This document shows positions 13,560 through 28,899 of a stretch of DNA of 64,000 bases, piece after piece. Position 1 is the first letter of the stretch. Each line of letters starts with the position of its first letter. Below the pieces are notes generated by a model that was not told the origin of the DNA, did not search any database, and saw only the letters and a list, made by a program, of their open reading frames with translations. This stretch comes from the human T2T-CHM13v2.0 reference genome, Homo sapiens, in NCBI RefSeq assembly GCF_009914755.1, contig NC_060937.1, one strand, 5' to 3'. Both the position numbers and the translations under genes were made by a program.

Positions 13560-14110
13560 TTAGAGATTCTGAAGCAAAGAGACCATGTATAACCTTCAGA
13601 GGTTGGTTTCAGATGTTTACACAGCATATCCAGTAAAGATTGGTTAAAGAATGAGATTTATTGGCACACATAAATATGGACACTGAGCAGTACGGCAGGG
13701 TTCCCGCATGACATCATCTGGTGGGTCCAGATTCATTTCCATGTGACTGTCCTGGCTCTCTTCTCCACATCCCCAAGCCATCCTAAAGATGGCTGCAGCA
13801 GTTCCAAAACTCTCTTCTCAACACACCGTCTAGAAGAAGAGAGAGTTGTTTCTTGAAAGCTGCAGAAGATCGAGGAAGATCTTTTCCAAAAGTGTCCATG
13901 AAAGTTACCACCCTCTTTGTGGGTCTTTGGCCTAGGTTGGGCCACATTCCTGAACCCATCACTAGTGATGAATATGGAATTACCCTTGGATCGGTCAGAC
14001 CCACCCATGGAGTGAGGGGAAGCACTAGAGGAGAGGTGAATCCCTGAACAGAATCAGGGTTTCATTAGGAAGGAGGGAAAACACGCTGGGTAAATGATCA
14101 AACAATGTTC
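13560..14110 (-). mobile_element. Old MLT1 (K/L-like) LTR
   Basis: atttattggcacacataa; aagatggctgcagcagttcc; cacattcctgaacccatcact. Confidence 0.6.
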
Positions 14111-14307
14111 CTTATCCTCTTTGTTATGTCCCCCATACTTAGAACAATCCCTGGCACATAATAGGTTGTTGATAAATATTTATTAAATTAATTTTTTATC
14201 TTCTGATTTAATTTCTGAGTTCTATGATTGCTCGTTTCCTGAGAGATAAACATTTATACGTTGCTTATTGTCTACTTTTAAGTGAACTTTAAAAAATACT
14301 TATTTAA

Positions 14308-14641
<334 letters not shown>

Positions 14642-15503
14642 TTATTTAAGTAGCCCGTTGTTATTTCGCTATTAATGGAATTATTAAAAATAATTTATAA
14701 TAAAACAACTTGGTAGGTATATATTCAGATAACTTTGCTTGCATATTACAGTCCAAGGGTTTATCCTTAGGAAAACTAAGAAAGGAAATCTGATTCATTA
14801 TTTATAACTTGTAAGACAGTAGAAGTATAACCGAGAATGTCATATTATAGTCATGGCATATGGTAGGAGCCATAAAACCTCACATTACTCATCGAAACTT
14901 GTTCAGTTAAAAGAAGTGAATTTGGTGTGAGATTACTATAAATCCTGTGACTAACGTAGTGATGATGATGCTTTGTTAAATGAATCCATAAGAAGATACT
15001 CAGAAGCTTTCATGCTGATCCATAGTAATATGGGATATGTATATTTTATCTCTTGATGCCATAATCTGTAATTAAATTCTTCTATTGCTGGTGCCATCGT
15101 TGGTTTACATTGTTGGTTTAAATTTATGTAAAATAAATTTAGCATCTGGATTCCTTAGCTGATTCTCTATGCTGGTGTTTATTGTTCTGCAAGTAGTTCA
15201 GAACTCAGAGGTGCTGGCTTGTTTGTTTTATCATATCCGAAAAATGTGTTCTTTTGCATTTGGAAATGAAGCTACTGACCTCCTGAGTTCAGGGCATGGG
15301 CTGAGGTATTTTCTTCCATTATGATGCCAAGTTGAGCGTTTGAGTAGTGGCTGGTGGATTAGGGTGCATGCTTTGTAATCTCTGTAGCTTTAATTGATGT
15401 GTATGAAGATCAAACTTTTTGGTGACGTTTAGTCTAATTTGGTGACATTTCGTCTAATGGCCCCAAATACTTTCAAACATTGAGCTTTGTGGCTTAAAAA
15501 AGA

Positions 15504-15535
<32 letters not shown>

Positions 15536-15622
15536 ATATATATGTATATATGTGTGTGTGTGTATATGTGTATATATGTGTGTGTATGTGTGTACACACA
15601 CACACATACACACACATATACA
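15504..15622. repeat. Compound (TA)n(TG)n(CA)n microsatellite
   Basis: Seen directly; lies between the L1 TSD and the L1 tail. Confidence 0.95.
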
Positions 15623-16592
15623 TTTTTTGTTTTTTCTTCAACTCTTAAGTCCTGGGGTACATGTGCAGTATGTGCAGGTTTGTTGCATATGTAAACATGT
15701 GCCGTGGTGGTTTGCTGCACAGATCAACCCATCACCTATGTATTAAGTCTTGCATGCATTAACTGTTGTTCCTGAGGCTCTCCCTCCCACCACTGTACTT
15801 ATAGGCCCTAGTATGTGTTGTTCTTCTCCCTGTGTCCATGTGTTCTCCTTGTTCAGCTCTCACTTACAAGTAAGAACATGTGGTGTTTGGTTTTCTGTTC
15901 CTGCATTAGTTTGCTGATAACAGCTTCCAGCTCCATCCATGTCCCTGCAAAAGACATGATCTCATTCCTTTTTATGGCTGCATAGTATTCTATGGTGTAT
16001 ATGTACCACGTTTTCTTTATCCAGTCTATCATTGATGGGCATTTGGGTTGATTCCAGGTCTTTGCTATTGTGATAAATGCTGCAGAAAACATACATGTGC
16101 ACGTATCTTTATAGTAGAATGATTGCTGTTCCTCTGAGTATATACACAGTAATGAGATTGCTGAGTCAAATGGTATTCTGGTTCTAGATCTTTGAGGAAT
16201 CGCCACACTGTCTTCTGCAATGGTTGAACTACTTACACTCTCACTAACAGTGTAAAAGCATTTCTTTTTATTTGCAACCTCACCAGCATCTGTTGTTTCT
16301 TGACTTTTTAATAATTGCCATTCTGACTGGCATGAGATGTATCTTGTTGTGGTTTTGATTTGCATTTCTCTGGTGATCAATGATGTTGAGCTTTTTTTCA
16401 TGTTTGTTGGCTGCATGAATGTCTTCTTTTGAGAAGTGTCTGTTTGTGTCCTTTGCTCACTTTTAATTTTTTTTTCTTTTAAATTTGTTTAAGTTCCTTG
16501 TAGACTCTGGATATTAGACCTTTGTCAGATGGATAGATTGCAAAAATTTTCTTCCATTCTGTAGGTTGTCTGTTCACTCTGTTGATAGTTTC
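15623..16592 (-). mobile_element. L1PA8-type 5'-truncated L1 (~1 kb)
   Basis: 3'UTR cagatcaacccatcacc; ORF2 C-terminal remnant (ORF 15853-16416); TSD aaaaaagaatat at 15496 and 16593. Confidence 0.88.
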
Positions 16593-18281
16593 AAAAAAGA
16601 ATATGTTTTCCTTAAGTGCCTGCTGGTGGATAGGAAAACTCAAGTGAGAATGACCTTTTCCTCAATCATTTATGAAACCAGTGGGAAGCAATTTAATTAC
16701 TACCCTCTTTTAATGAACCTGAACGTAAGGTCATAGTATGTGGTAGGGCAGGGCCTGGTGGGGGGGCTCCATTTTACTTTTTAGAAGGTGTATTTCATTG
16801 GTTGCCAAGACTTCTGACCTATTATTTTGTGAGCTGGTTATGTGAACGGCTGATGTTGAAATCTTGACCTGGGGCCTCTCCTTGTTTGAAAATATTCTTG
16901 AAACATCATTGCTGTAAATTTGAGAGAGTGAATTTCTCCTGAATAGGATATTTTGCTCTATCTGCTTTAAGAGAGAGTTTTAAATGATTTCCATCAAATA
17001 ATAAAGCCCCTTGATGATCTAGCAGAGGTTGCAAATTGATGGGAGGGAAAACTCTCTAAAGTGAGGTCAAAGAATTTCCTTTTAGGGTTGAGTGTGCAAC
17101 TGATACTGATATTAGAGATGTATCTAAGTGTGATTGGCACAGTTACATGGCTTTCAGGGTCAATGTTCAGTAACCCAGGTAGAAGTGGTTGAATTGATCC
17201 AGGTCAGAGAGATAAGGAAGCAAGAAGTTGAGGGTATTTGTGCTAATAATATCTGAAGTCGTGAGGTTGAGGCAAAGAAATAAAGCTAGAAAGGACCTGA
17301 TATATTGAGAGAAGACAAGAGATTCAGCTACTGAAATACTCCATTCACCATTTCATTACGTATCTTGTCAATTTTTGTTGATACTTCTTTTCACCAACAT
17401 GTTGTCTCACTGTTCTATTCAAAGCATTTTGGTTAATAATGTGATTTAAGGAAGAAATCTGTATTCATTATGCTGAACTCACACCAACTCTCTGAAAAAC
17501 ATGAAAAAAGCATTTACTGTTGGTGAAGTTGAAATCTCATTTCCTTCCTGTCTACTGGTTATTGTTTCTTATTTGCATATCACTCCAGGCTAATGAGGAA
17601 AAAAATACATTTTATTAAGATCAGAACAAATCAAGCAAGGTCGATTCCTGAATATTTATGAAACACAGCAGTAAATGAATAAAGCAAAGCATGAATCAAG
17701 TTTGTTGTTCTATCTTGGATTTTGTGAAGTGGAAAAGGAAAGTCCAGGACTCGTGGTAAACAGTGGTGTATTCATGCTAACAACTTAGATGGTAACACAG
17801 TGTTTATCCATCAAAAAGCAAAGGTTATAATAAAAGGAAAATTAAACATTGAAGATCAATGTACTTAGAAAAAACAAGTCATAATGTAACATATGCATAC
17901 TTTGGAAAATTTGGGAAACTGTAAAAAGGAAAACCTAGTCATCACTAGTCACACTACTCAGCTGTAACCACAGGTAATATTTTGAGTATACCAGATTTTG
18001 TTTTTCCATGTACATATTATTTTCCTTTTATTAAGTGTTAGGGATTATTTTTAGTAGGTTTCAGCTATTCCTGTCACTTGAAAAGATGAGGCAGACACGA
18101 TTTTACCCATGGTTAACAGTACAGCATGGTCTCTTTTTGAGAGAAATCTTATAAAAGGTGGAGTTCTAGAATAGATTATAGTTAATCATTTGTTTTTATG
18201 AGTATTTTTGATAGAACTATGTATGTAAATATGAGGTGTTTATGGAAACACAGAGGACCTAGAATCACCAAGATACTTTTG

Positions 18282-19088
18282 TTTTCATTTCTTTATTTTT
18301 AATTTTTAGACTTGGGGGGTTTGTTACGTGGATATACTGTGTAGTGGTGAGGTTTTGGCTTCTAGTGTACCCAGCAGCCATGTAGTGAACACTGTACCCA
18401 ATAGATAATTTTTTAAGCCCTCACTGCCCCTGCCTCAACTTGGAGACCCCCAGTGTCTATCGTTGCCATTGTTATGTCCATGTGTACTTACTGTTTAGTT
18501 CCCACTTGTAAGTGAGAACATGCGGTATTTGATTTTCTGTTTCTGAGTTATTTCACTTAGGATAATGGCCTCCAGTTGTATTCATGTTGCTGCAAAGGAC
18601 ATTAGTCCGTTCTTTTTAGTGGCTGCATAGTATTCCATAATGTATGTACCACATTTTTTTTTTCTATTCAGTCATCCATTGATGGACACTTAGGTTGATT
18701 CTATGATTTTGCTGTTGTGAATAGTTCTGCAATAAACTATGAATGCAGGTATCTTTTTGATAAAATGATTTCTTTTCCTTTGGGTAAATGCCCAGTAGTG
18801 GGATTGCTGGATCATATGGCAGTTCTATTTTTAGCTCTTTGAGAAATTTCTATACTGTTTTCCAAAGGGGTTGTACTAATTTGCATTCCTGCCAACAGTG
18901 TATGAGCATTCCCTTTTCTCTGCATCCTTCAATATCTGCTGTTTTTTTTATCTTTTTAATAATAGCCATTCTGACTATTTAAAAATTATAGCTCATTGTG
19001 GTTTTAATTTGCATTTCTCTGGTGATTAGTAACGATGAGCATTTTTTCATGTTTGTTTACCACTTGTATATCTTCTTTTAAGAAATGG
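18282..19088 (-). mobile_element. L1PB-type 3' fragment
   Basis: Antisense L1PB 3'UTR (ggatatactgtgtagtggtgagg..ggcttctagtgtaccc); TSD ccaaga[t/c]a[c/g]ttttg at 18268 and 19089. Confidence 0.8.
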
Positions 19089-19291
19089 CCAAGACAGTTT
19101 TGAAAAAAGATGACAGTTTTGAGGACTTACGTTACTGAATATGGCTGTAGCCAAAGGATGGACATAAAGATCAATGGAACAGAATAGAAAGTCTAGAAAT
19201 GAGCCTACATATTTATGGCCAATTGGTTTTTGACAAAGGTATCAAGGTATTGCAATGGAGAAAGGATAATCTTTTCAACAAATGGTGCTAG

Positions 19292-19648
<357 letters not shown>

Positions 19649-19755
19649 AAAAATTATTTCAAAATTGATCATAGACCTAAATGTAAGACAATGTCTTAGA
19701 TATAACACCGAAAGCATGGCCCATAAAGGAAAACATTAATAAAACAGACTTTTGG

Positions 19756-20045
19756 AGCTTGGTGCAATGGCTCACACCTGTAATCCCAGCAACTCAGGGG
19801 CTGGGGTGGGAGGATTGCTTGAGGACAGGAGTTTGAGGCCAGCCTGGGTAACAGAGTGAGACTCTGTCTCTACAAACAAAACAAAACATTACCTGGGTGT
19901 GGTGACATGTTTCTGTAGTCTCAATTACTCAGGAGGCTGAGGCAAGAAGCTCACTTGAGCCCAGGAGTTTGAGGCTGCAGTGAGCCATGATTGTGCTATT
20001 ACACACCAGCCTGGGTGACAGGGTGAGATCCTGTCTCTAAAAAAT
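19756..20045 (+). mobile_element. AluJ SINE
   Basis: gggaggattgcttgag, ggagtttgaggctgcagtgagc J motifs. Confidence 0.88.
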
Positions 20046-21070
20046 TTTTTTTTAAATAGACAATCAAAACTAAAAACTGCTTTTCAAAAGACGTCATAAA
20101 AAAATGAAAAGGCAAGCCACAGTTAGAAACTTTTGCTCTAAAAAGCAAAAAGAGGATGAAAAGACGAGCTACAGACTGGAAGAAAATGTTTGTAATCCAT
20201 ACGTCCAAAAATAGACAGTATCTAGAATATATAAAGAACTCTCAAAACTCAGTAATAAAACAATCCAATTTGAAAATGGGCAAAGACATGAGCAGACTTT
20301 ACAGACATTTCAGTGAGTAGGATATACAGATGGCAAATAAGACACGAAAAGATGTTCATATCTTTACCCATTAGGGAAATGCACATTAAAACCACAGTGA
20401 AATATCACTGCACACCTATCAGAATGGCTAGAATAAAAATAGCGAGAATACCACATACTGCTGAGAAATCAGAAATCCTGGATCACTGATGTATTTCTGG
20501 AGTAATGTAAAATAGTACAGCCACCTTGGAATCCAGTTTGGCACTTTCCTGTAAAGCTAAAAATGTACTAACTACACAACTCGGCAATTGCACTATTGAG
20601 TATTTGTTCCAGAGAAATGAAAACTTATTTTCATACATGAACCTGCACGAAAGTGTTCATAGCAGCTTTATTCAGAATAGAAAAATAATGGAAACCACCA
20701 AAGTATTCTTTAATGAGTGGATAAACAACTGTGATACATCCATACCATGGAATACTATGTAACAATGAGAAGGAATGAGCTGTTGATACATGCAGCAACT
20801 TGGATGGATCTCCAGGGAATTATGTGGATTGAAAAAAAGCCAATATAAAAAGGTTAAATACTATATGATTCTGTTAACATAACACTTTTGAAGTAACAAA
20901 ATTATAGAGATGGAGAACAGATAGTGGTTGCCAGGGGTATGGAATGGGGGAGGGTCTGGCTATAAAGGGGTAGCAGGAGGAGGCAGGAGATTTGTGGTGA
21001 TGGAGCAGTTCAGTATCTTGATTGTGGCCATGGTTACATGATTCTAACTAAACATGTTATCAGATTGCAC

Positions 21071-21862
21071 TGAAGAGATGCTTAATATCACTAATCATTA
21101 GGAAAATGCAAACCAAAATTGTAGTGAGATACTTCTTCACACCCATTATAATGGCAATTATTTAGAAAGTTAGGGAAGTTAGGGAAATAAAAAGTGTTGG
21201 TGAGGATGTGGGGAAATTGGAACTCACGTGCATTGGCTGGGGGGAATGTGAAATGGTGTAACTGCTATGGAAAATAGTATGATGTTTCCTCAAAAATTAG
21301 AAATAGCTGCTATATGATTTAGCAGTTTCACTTCTGGATATATACTCCACTTCTGGATATATAGTCTGAATGGAAAGCAGGGATTCAAATAGATATTTGT
21401 ACACTCATGTTCATAGCAGCATTATTCACTTTAGACAAAGGTAAAAACAACCCAAATGTCCATTGATGGATGGATGGATAAACAAAATGTGGTATATACA
21501 TATGATGGAATATTATTTAGCCTTAAAAAGGAAGGAAATTCTGACCTATGCTGAGGTATGAACGAACCTTGAGGACATGATGCAAAGTGAAATCAACCAG
21601 TCACAAATGCACAAATATTGTATGATTCTACTTACATGAGGTACCTACATTAGGCAAATTCATAGAGACAGGAAGTAGAATGGTGGTTGCTAGGGGCTGG
21701 GAGGAGAGAGGAATGGGTATAGACTTTGGCAAGATGAACAGAGTTCTGGGGATGGATGGTGGTGATGTCTGTACAGCAGTGTAAATGTACTTAATGCCAC
21801 TGAACTGTACACTTAAAATAGTTTAACAGCTTAATTTTAAGAGTATTTTACCACAATAAAAA
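21071..21862 (+). mobile_element. L1MB/late-L1MA 3' fragment nested in L1M
   Basis: Ends tattttaccacaataaaaa; approximate TSD attgca. Confidence 0.75.
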
Positions 21863-22669
21863 TTGCATAGATCTACACACATGAGTACACACACGGCACA
21901 CACATATACACACTTGGGAGCGGGGAACGGGAGTGAGTGCATTTGAAGCTAGTGAAATCTGAATGAAGTTTGTAGATGTACCAATGCAGTTTTCTGGTTT
22001 GATATTTTACTGTAGTTAAGCAGGGTGTTCTCACTGGGAGAAGCTGGGCGAAATGTACATAGGACCTTGCTGCATTTTTTGTTACTTCCTGTGAATGAAT
22101 GTATAGTCATTTCAAAATAACACAAATAACACATTTTTTTTGTTTATTTTTGAGACAAGCCACAAATTTTCCTGGTATACAGGAAACAGAAAAAACTAAC
22201 TGCAGTTATTGGGAAAGTTTACCAATTGTTGGGAGAGTTTATCATTTTGTCAGCGTCCTCACCTGTGTGTGTGTGTGTATAAAAATTAATTGCACCTTTT
22301 AAGTTTTTTTTAAGGTAAGGGTCCACTTTTTGAAATTTATCATCAATCATTTTGACTCCTGGTCATTAATCCCCCCAAGTAAATAAATAAATTTCTGAAT
22401 GGTAGCTTTATCTTAACAGATTTGATTTGGGTGTTTTAGGAAAAGCATCATTCATACTTTGCTTTTTATCTTGCTCTGCAGTGATTCTATTTTGTTTTAT
22501 ACATCATCTGGTAAACATTAGTGAGAAAGTTTGGCGAGAATACAGACATATGTGTTCAACTAGATTTAAAAACGTTCTTGGCAACTCGATACCAAGAGGT
22601 CAGCAGGGAGGAGTGGCTGGGCAGGGGTTACTTCTGTGGATAAAGGGAAGGAAAAGAAGCTGACACTGA

Positions 22670-22830
22670 TTGTCAACATTTATGGAAACCTGTTCTGCAA
22701 CTACTGTTGTACTTTTATACGTGCCTTATTTAGGGGGATTAAGTGTTCTTTACAAGGGAAAATTGAAGCCTGGAAACACTGAGTACCTTTCCCAAGGTTA
22801 GACAGCTGGTGAATGCCCAAGTTAGGATCC
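22670..22830 (-). mobile_element. MIR fragment
   Basis: gggaaaattgaagcct..cccaaggttagacagctggt core. Confidence 0.6.
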
Positions 22831-23044
22831 AGACTTATTTTGGAGAGGCATCAAAGTATGGAACCATGAGTTCCTGGGGTCAAATTTAGGAAGACGCCAA
22901 TTTTACTACCTTTGTTGATCTTTAGCTCTGGATGGCCATGGTTTATAAGCAGGAAGTGTTTACAACACATGCTTGTATGGACCAATCTTAAAGGTGAATA
23001 TTCAACACTATTTCTGAGAGTGAATAGCTGTTGATTTGATATAT

Positions 23045-23900
23045 AGCCAACAAATATTTATTGAGTTTTTAATTATCCCAGGCAATGTTTTAGGGAGTGA
23101 GGATATAGTAGTGGACAAAACAGATCAAAATCAAGGAAAACAAGTAAAATATATGTTAAGATAGTGATAAGGTCTATTGGAAAACCTTTAGAAGGGAAGG
23201 CTGTAGGATGTAGTGCAGTGGGTTGATATTTCATCAGGGAGAGCCTCACAGGGTGGGTGACACTGGGCCACCTGGAGGCAGTGAGGCTTGTGGAGCAGTT
23301 GGGGAAGGGCATTCCCGATAGAGGGAATAGTGAGTCTCCAAGCCCCAGATTGGAATGTGCCTGGTGTGGCACAGAACAGCAGAGGCCAATGAGTCTGGGC
23401 AGAGTTGCTGGTGGGGAGAGGGGTGGTCAGGAGTGAGGTCAGAGGGATGTAGGGGCCATACCAAGAAGGGCTTTGTAGGCCATTGTTAGGACTTTTGCTT
23501 TTACTTTGCGAGATGGGAAGTGGCTAGAGGGTTTTGAGCAGAGGAGTGCTGTCATCTGACTTAATTTTGAAAGGATCACTCAAGGGGTTTGCTGAGAAGA
23601 GATGGAAGGGGGCCAGCAGGGGAGCAGGGAGGCAGGTTCAAAGCCATCACAGTAATGCAGGCAGGAGATTATAGAGACCTGGGTCTAGGGTTAGTGGTGG
23701 AGGTGGGGAGAAGTGGTCGAAATCGGATTTTACTTTCCAGGCTGAGCCCACAGGAAGTGCTGATGGATTAGCTATGAGGTATGAGAGGAAGAGAGGATTG
23801 AGAAGGACTGCAAGTTGTTTGGTCTAAGTAGGGAAAGAGATGAAGTTGTGAATGCTGTGTGTTGAGATGGGGAAGAGTGTGGCAGGGCAGATTAGGGGCT
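23045..23900 (-). mobile_element. L2 LINE fossil
   Basis: caacaaatatttattgag; ttttgagcagaggagtg..atctgactta. Confidence 0.8.
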
Positions 23901-24094
23901 CAGTTACGGATTAAGTATGAGAGTGCTAAGGGGAAATGTGTGTTGCCTATGTGCAAATCATCATGGTAGCACTTTTGAGCAGACAGAAGTGTAAAATACT
24001 CTCCAGGAATGTGCTCTCCAGAAACTCACTGATAAGTAAGGGGGGATAAAGTATGCACAGACTTACAAAGTACACGACGTTTATGGATGATAAA

Positions 24095-25560
24095 CCATTC
24101 ATTCATTCTCACCATTGAGACCAAAGCTGCTTCAGCACTTCAGATGCAGAATGATGGCCATGGGCACAGCAGTTTAGGATTAGGTGAACTGTGATGAGCA
24201 GTTGGTGCTTTTCCTTGATTTTGAAGCGCCTGTAGGGCTTGGCAGGTTGGAGCGCTAGGAGGCCAGTGTCTCTGGAGTGGTGCAAGGTACAGAGCAAGGT
24301 ACAGAGCTAGTGCAAGGTACACAATAAATTGTGTTGACAACGTGAGGTTCGAGTTGGAGATCAGCGGAGGTTAAGGTTGGAAGTACATCCTGCTTGAGGA
24401 AGGCTCTGGGTGCTGGCTAAGGAAGTTGGCCTTCATTTTGTGGATAATTGGCCATGATTGAAAGGGGTTGATTTGGGTAGTTGACCTGATTGAACTACTG
24501 CCTTGGGAAGTTTGATCATTCCCTCAGGTTTCTTAGAAGTAGGCCTCTTTGGTGTATAATCATGCTTATTCTCTGGGCAGCTTTGACATGGCTGACTGCT
24601 GTCTTCCAGATACCCTCGCCCCTTTCGGCTCCCTGGACGCTACTCGTTTCTGACGCACCTCCCATGTCTCTGACCACAGCTGCCCCATCATTGACTCAGG
24701 AGATACTTAGTGAGAGTCTGCTCTGTGGCAGCCCTCATGCTGGGCACAGCGGGTGAGGCAGGCAGGGTCTAGTGGAGAGCAGACATTCCATAAATGGTCA
24801 CACACACCACTGCATGGTTTTGGGTTTCCTAAGCCCTGGGAAGGGAAACTACAGAGAACTTAAATAAGGGCTTTGAAGCTGAGGAAGAGGCTTGTAAGCT
24901 GAGCTCTGGACTTCAGTGGGCCAAAGGGAGGGAGGAAGAGCATTCTGGACCTTGCAGGCATGTGCCAAGGTGGGATGACCTTCATGCACTCGGGCAAGAG
25001 CAAAGGCCCATATGGCTGCACATGTGAGGAGGGTCCCTTGAGGTCTGCTTTAGGACCTTTTTCTTCTCCCATGCCACTCCCTGGGGCTATCATCTCTTCC
25101 CTTGATCTCAGCTATCCTCTGGGCAGTTAGTTTCTCTTCTTACCTCCTTCATGACATCTAGACTGCCTCTCTGTTACCTCTGCCTGGAAGTCCCAAAGGC
25201 ATGGTTAACTTCCTCTGTCCTAAACTCTAAGAAGTATCTTCCCACTTTGCCATTTCTACTTTCCTTCAAGCTTTTCTCCTTGTCTCAGACACCTTTTCTA
25301 CCTGCTGTTGGCCATCCAGTCGCATAGCTCTAGTACCACTCTTCTGTGAAACCTTTCCTACCTGTTTATTCCTGCCTGTCTCCCTGGCAGAACAGTTTAA
25401 TCCTGGGACCCTATAAAACACTGTTCATTCCTCTCTGTCCATTATTTGTTTGAACTGTTGACTATTGTATATTTGTCTGAGTTCTTAATGGATTGAATGC
25501 TTCTGAACCATGTATTGCTGGGGCTTTGCATGATATTTGGGTCTCAGAGTTTTACTAAAT
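24095..25560. mobile_element. Cluster of degraded L2 fragments (both orientations)
   Basis: (CATT)n tail at ~24096 and several L2-like motifs; boundaries approximate. Confidence 0.45.
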
Positions 25561-25652
25561 AGCATTTTATGAATACAGTAAAAATAGCTATTGAAACACT
25601 GGTAAAAATGTTTTAAATAGGACAGTGAAAGTAGAGAGAACAGAAAGAGTGA

Positions 25653-26022
<370 letters not shown>

Positions 26023-27669
26023 TCCTCTTGGCATCTTAATCAAGGGATGCTGTTGATTATTATTCTGCCTGCAAACCCCATATTGATCTTGTAAAATCTG
26101 AAAAACAAGAGATATTTCGAGAGAGAGAATTGGTCCCTTGAGATATTGCAAGCAACCTTTGGGTTGCATCCTTTACATTTAGAATTGCATTGTCAAGTGT
26201 CCAGGGCAAAGGGTAAGGGACAACCCAAATCATTTGGAAAGATTAAAGGATAAGAAATAAAATTGTATGCTAGCATGAACCATCCCCTCCACCCCTCTCC
26301 CAGGAAAAGTGTAATTGATATTGAAGTTCCGACAACCAAGTATCTACTTGGAAGTAATTAGCATTTACCGAGGGTGCTTCATAGAATCCATTTGTTTTAA
26401 TTTCTTTTTAATTCCTTGTGATGATGGTGGTGACAGGTTCATTGTTCATTTGTTCTCAGCTGTTCCCTGGAGGTGTAGCTCTTCACCTGCTCCTGGTTCT
26501 GTGTGGCAGGCTTCAGAAAAAAAAGAAAGGATCTCATGTTGGTTCCATTGAAGGGGAAAAAAAGTTGGAGGCATTTCGGGTTCACTTACTTGCAAAGATG
26601 AATTAAGATAAGCATTGCCTACCCCAGAGTAATTAAACTCATTTCCACAGTAGCATTTTCTCTTCTGTGCTCGTGTCACGCTTGCAGGTACATGTTCATT
26701 ATTTCAGACTTTCTAATTATAGCAGTCATCACAGACTTTGGTGAGCTACCTTGTCATTAGGTAATAACTCTCTGTGTCGTTGGGCTTGCATCTGAAGTTG
26801 TGATGAAGGGGAAGTGTGCACTGAGCATGGGTGTGTCTCTTTTTCAAGGATTCCACGTGTTCCCTTGGTTTCTGTATCTCTTGCAAACACTTATAGAGTG
26901 GTGCTTTATGACGCATGCTGAAATATGCATTTCAAAAGAAGAGGGATTTTTTTTTCCTCTTAGAAGGTAGCCATGCCTGGGGAAACATGGACAAAACACT
27001 AAACTCTGAGATGCTCTAATTTTGTGATTCTAAGTGATTCCATAATAATCAATAGCAATAAGGGTAAGAGTCCCTAAGAGTAGCAATTAGAGACCCAGGC
27101 ATGACCCCCATAAGCTCCCACTTAGTGTATGCATGTGTTTTCTGCTCTTAAGTGGAGTTTGGGCATGAGAGGGCAGATCTGTTCCACTGTAATGCAGGTG
27201 TGTGAGGCTGAGGTGAGGGGATGCAGGATGTGGGGTGCCCCAGTGATACTCGGTTAAGGTCTTGGCTACATTTGTCCACACCTGCATTCCAGTGTTTGTT
27301 TTGGAGGGCATAGCAAGAAAGTTTCTATGCAACATAGCAACTTTTTATTAGACTGTAAAGTGCAGTGTTGTCCCTGGAACATCCTTATTTTGGCAGTGTA
27401 GCTTCACTTGTGATGGTTTGTACTCCATGATCACAGAACTGCATGAGTTATTAGAGCTCTCAGTGATTACATCATAATTCTATAAGATGGCTCGGAAGGG
27501 ACCTTACTGAAACATCTAGACAAGTATGTTTCAAACACCAGTGATTTGAGTGTTATTATAGCCATGCTTTTTGCTGTATATAAGAACTACCATTATTAGT
27601 TACGTCTCTCTGGATTCTATCCTGTTTGGCTTAGCCTCATCTGAAGCATACTGTTTGGATTTGATAATG

Positions 27670-27900
27670 TTGCAGCTAGGACTCTGGAGCCAGACTACCT
27701 GGGTTCAAATCCTGGCTCTACATCTTCCTGGTGTGGCAACTGGGAGCACGTCACTACATTTCTTTGTGTCTCTGTTTCCCTGGGTGCAAAATGGAGACAA
27801 TAATAATCTCTGTCTCCTAGCGTTTTTATGAGAATTAAATGAAAAAAGTAAAATATTTACAGTAGTGCCTAGCACATAGTAAGTGCTCACAGAATGCTAG
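27670..27900 (+). mobile_element. MIR SINE
   Basis: ctctggagccagactacctgggttcaaatcctggctct ... agtgcctagcacatagtaagtgctc. Confidence 0.88.
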
Positions 27901-28559
27901 TCTTCTTAGTTATATATTTTTATATATAGAAATATGCATAAAACCATTGAAATAAAAAGTTACTTTCATGCTACTTACAATTAGATTTTATTAGTGGGAT
28001 ATTTTTATGCTACCTAAAATTAGATTACATTTTATTAATGGAGTATGTATTTTTCTGTGAGAAGCATTGATCCTGTCATCTAGTCTCATGGCTTTTTGGT
28101 GTTTAATTGTTGCCTACATTGCCCTAGACCGAGGCCTCCAGGGATTCCACTTCATTTGAGCCAGCTGTGTCTGTTAGAATAGCTTTTCATGGGGCAAGCT
28201 CCATGGCTTCCTTCCATCCATTGCATTTTACCCTTTGACATCAGAGACCAACTCTAATCTCTCTTCTCCATTACAGCCCTTTGCATAATTGAAGAAAGCT
28301 GTCATGTTTCCCAGAGTCTCCTCTTCATCAGCCCTACAAAGTGTCAGTTTTCCCCTCTGGACGAGCCCCTGCCTGCCTTGCTTGTATAAGTCAGCCCTTT
28401 GCAGGGAACGAAGCTATGGGAGAAGAGATTTGTCTGAGGACATGTGGGATACGTTTTGCTTGTACTAATTAGTGCTCGTAAATGCTATGAGCACCTGGAA
28501 GCTGGAAGCAGCCAATGTCTTCTCAGATGCAAAAGTTGCAGGTGGAACCAGTGGATCCA

Positions 28560-28730
28560 GCCAGTATCCCTGTAAAGAGCCAGAAACGGTAATTTAAAGA
28601 AGGCTTGGAAAACTGGTGCTTGTGGTTGCCTCTTGAAAGGGAACTGGGTGGCAGGTGAAACTTACTTTTCACCATCTACTCTTTTATGTTTCACATTTTA
28701 CACCATACAATGTATTGCCTATTCAAAAAA
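28560..28730 (+). mobile_element. Ancient L1ME/MC 3'UTR fragment
   Basis: gtggttgcctct..gggaactgggtggc..acttacttttcac. Confidence 0.5.
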
Positions 28731-28899
28731 TCATACACACACATATTGAAAAAAGGCAGAATCGTAGGCCGTTGAACTGAAAGGCATTAAAAAATAGTAT
28801 GAGGGAGGAGCTTTGTAAATGTTAAGTTCCTAAGGGAACAAAAAGATAATAGGGGCAATGTGCTGAAAGGAGAAGATGAAATAAATAAGAATAACAACA

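Noticed and set aside
20065-20180. Apparent tandem duplication of an L1 ORF2 segment
   Set aside because: Copies are very diverged; more simply the junction of two overlapping old L1 fragments
24278-24322. Three copies of gcaaggtaca
   Set aside because: Ordinary short slippage repeat in degraded repeat DNA
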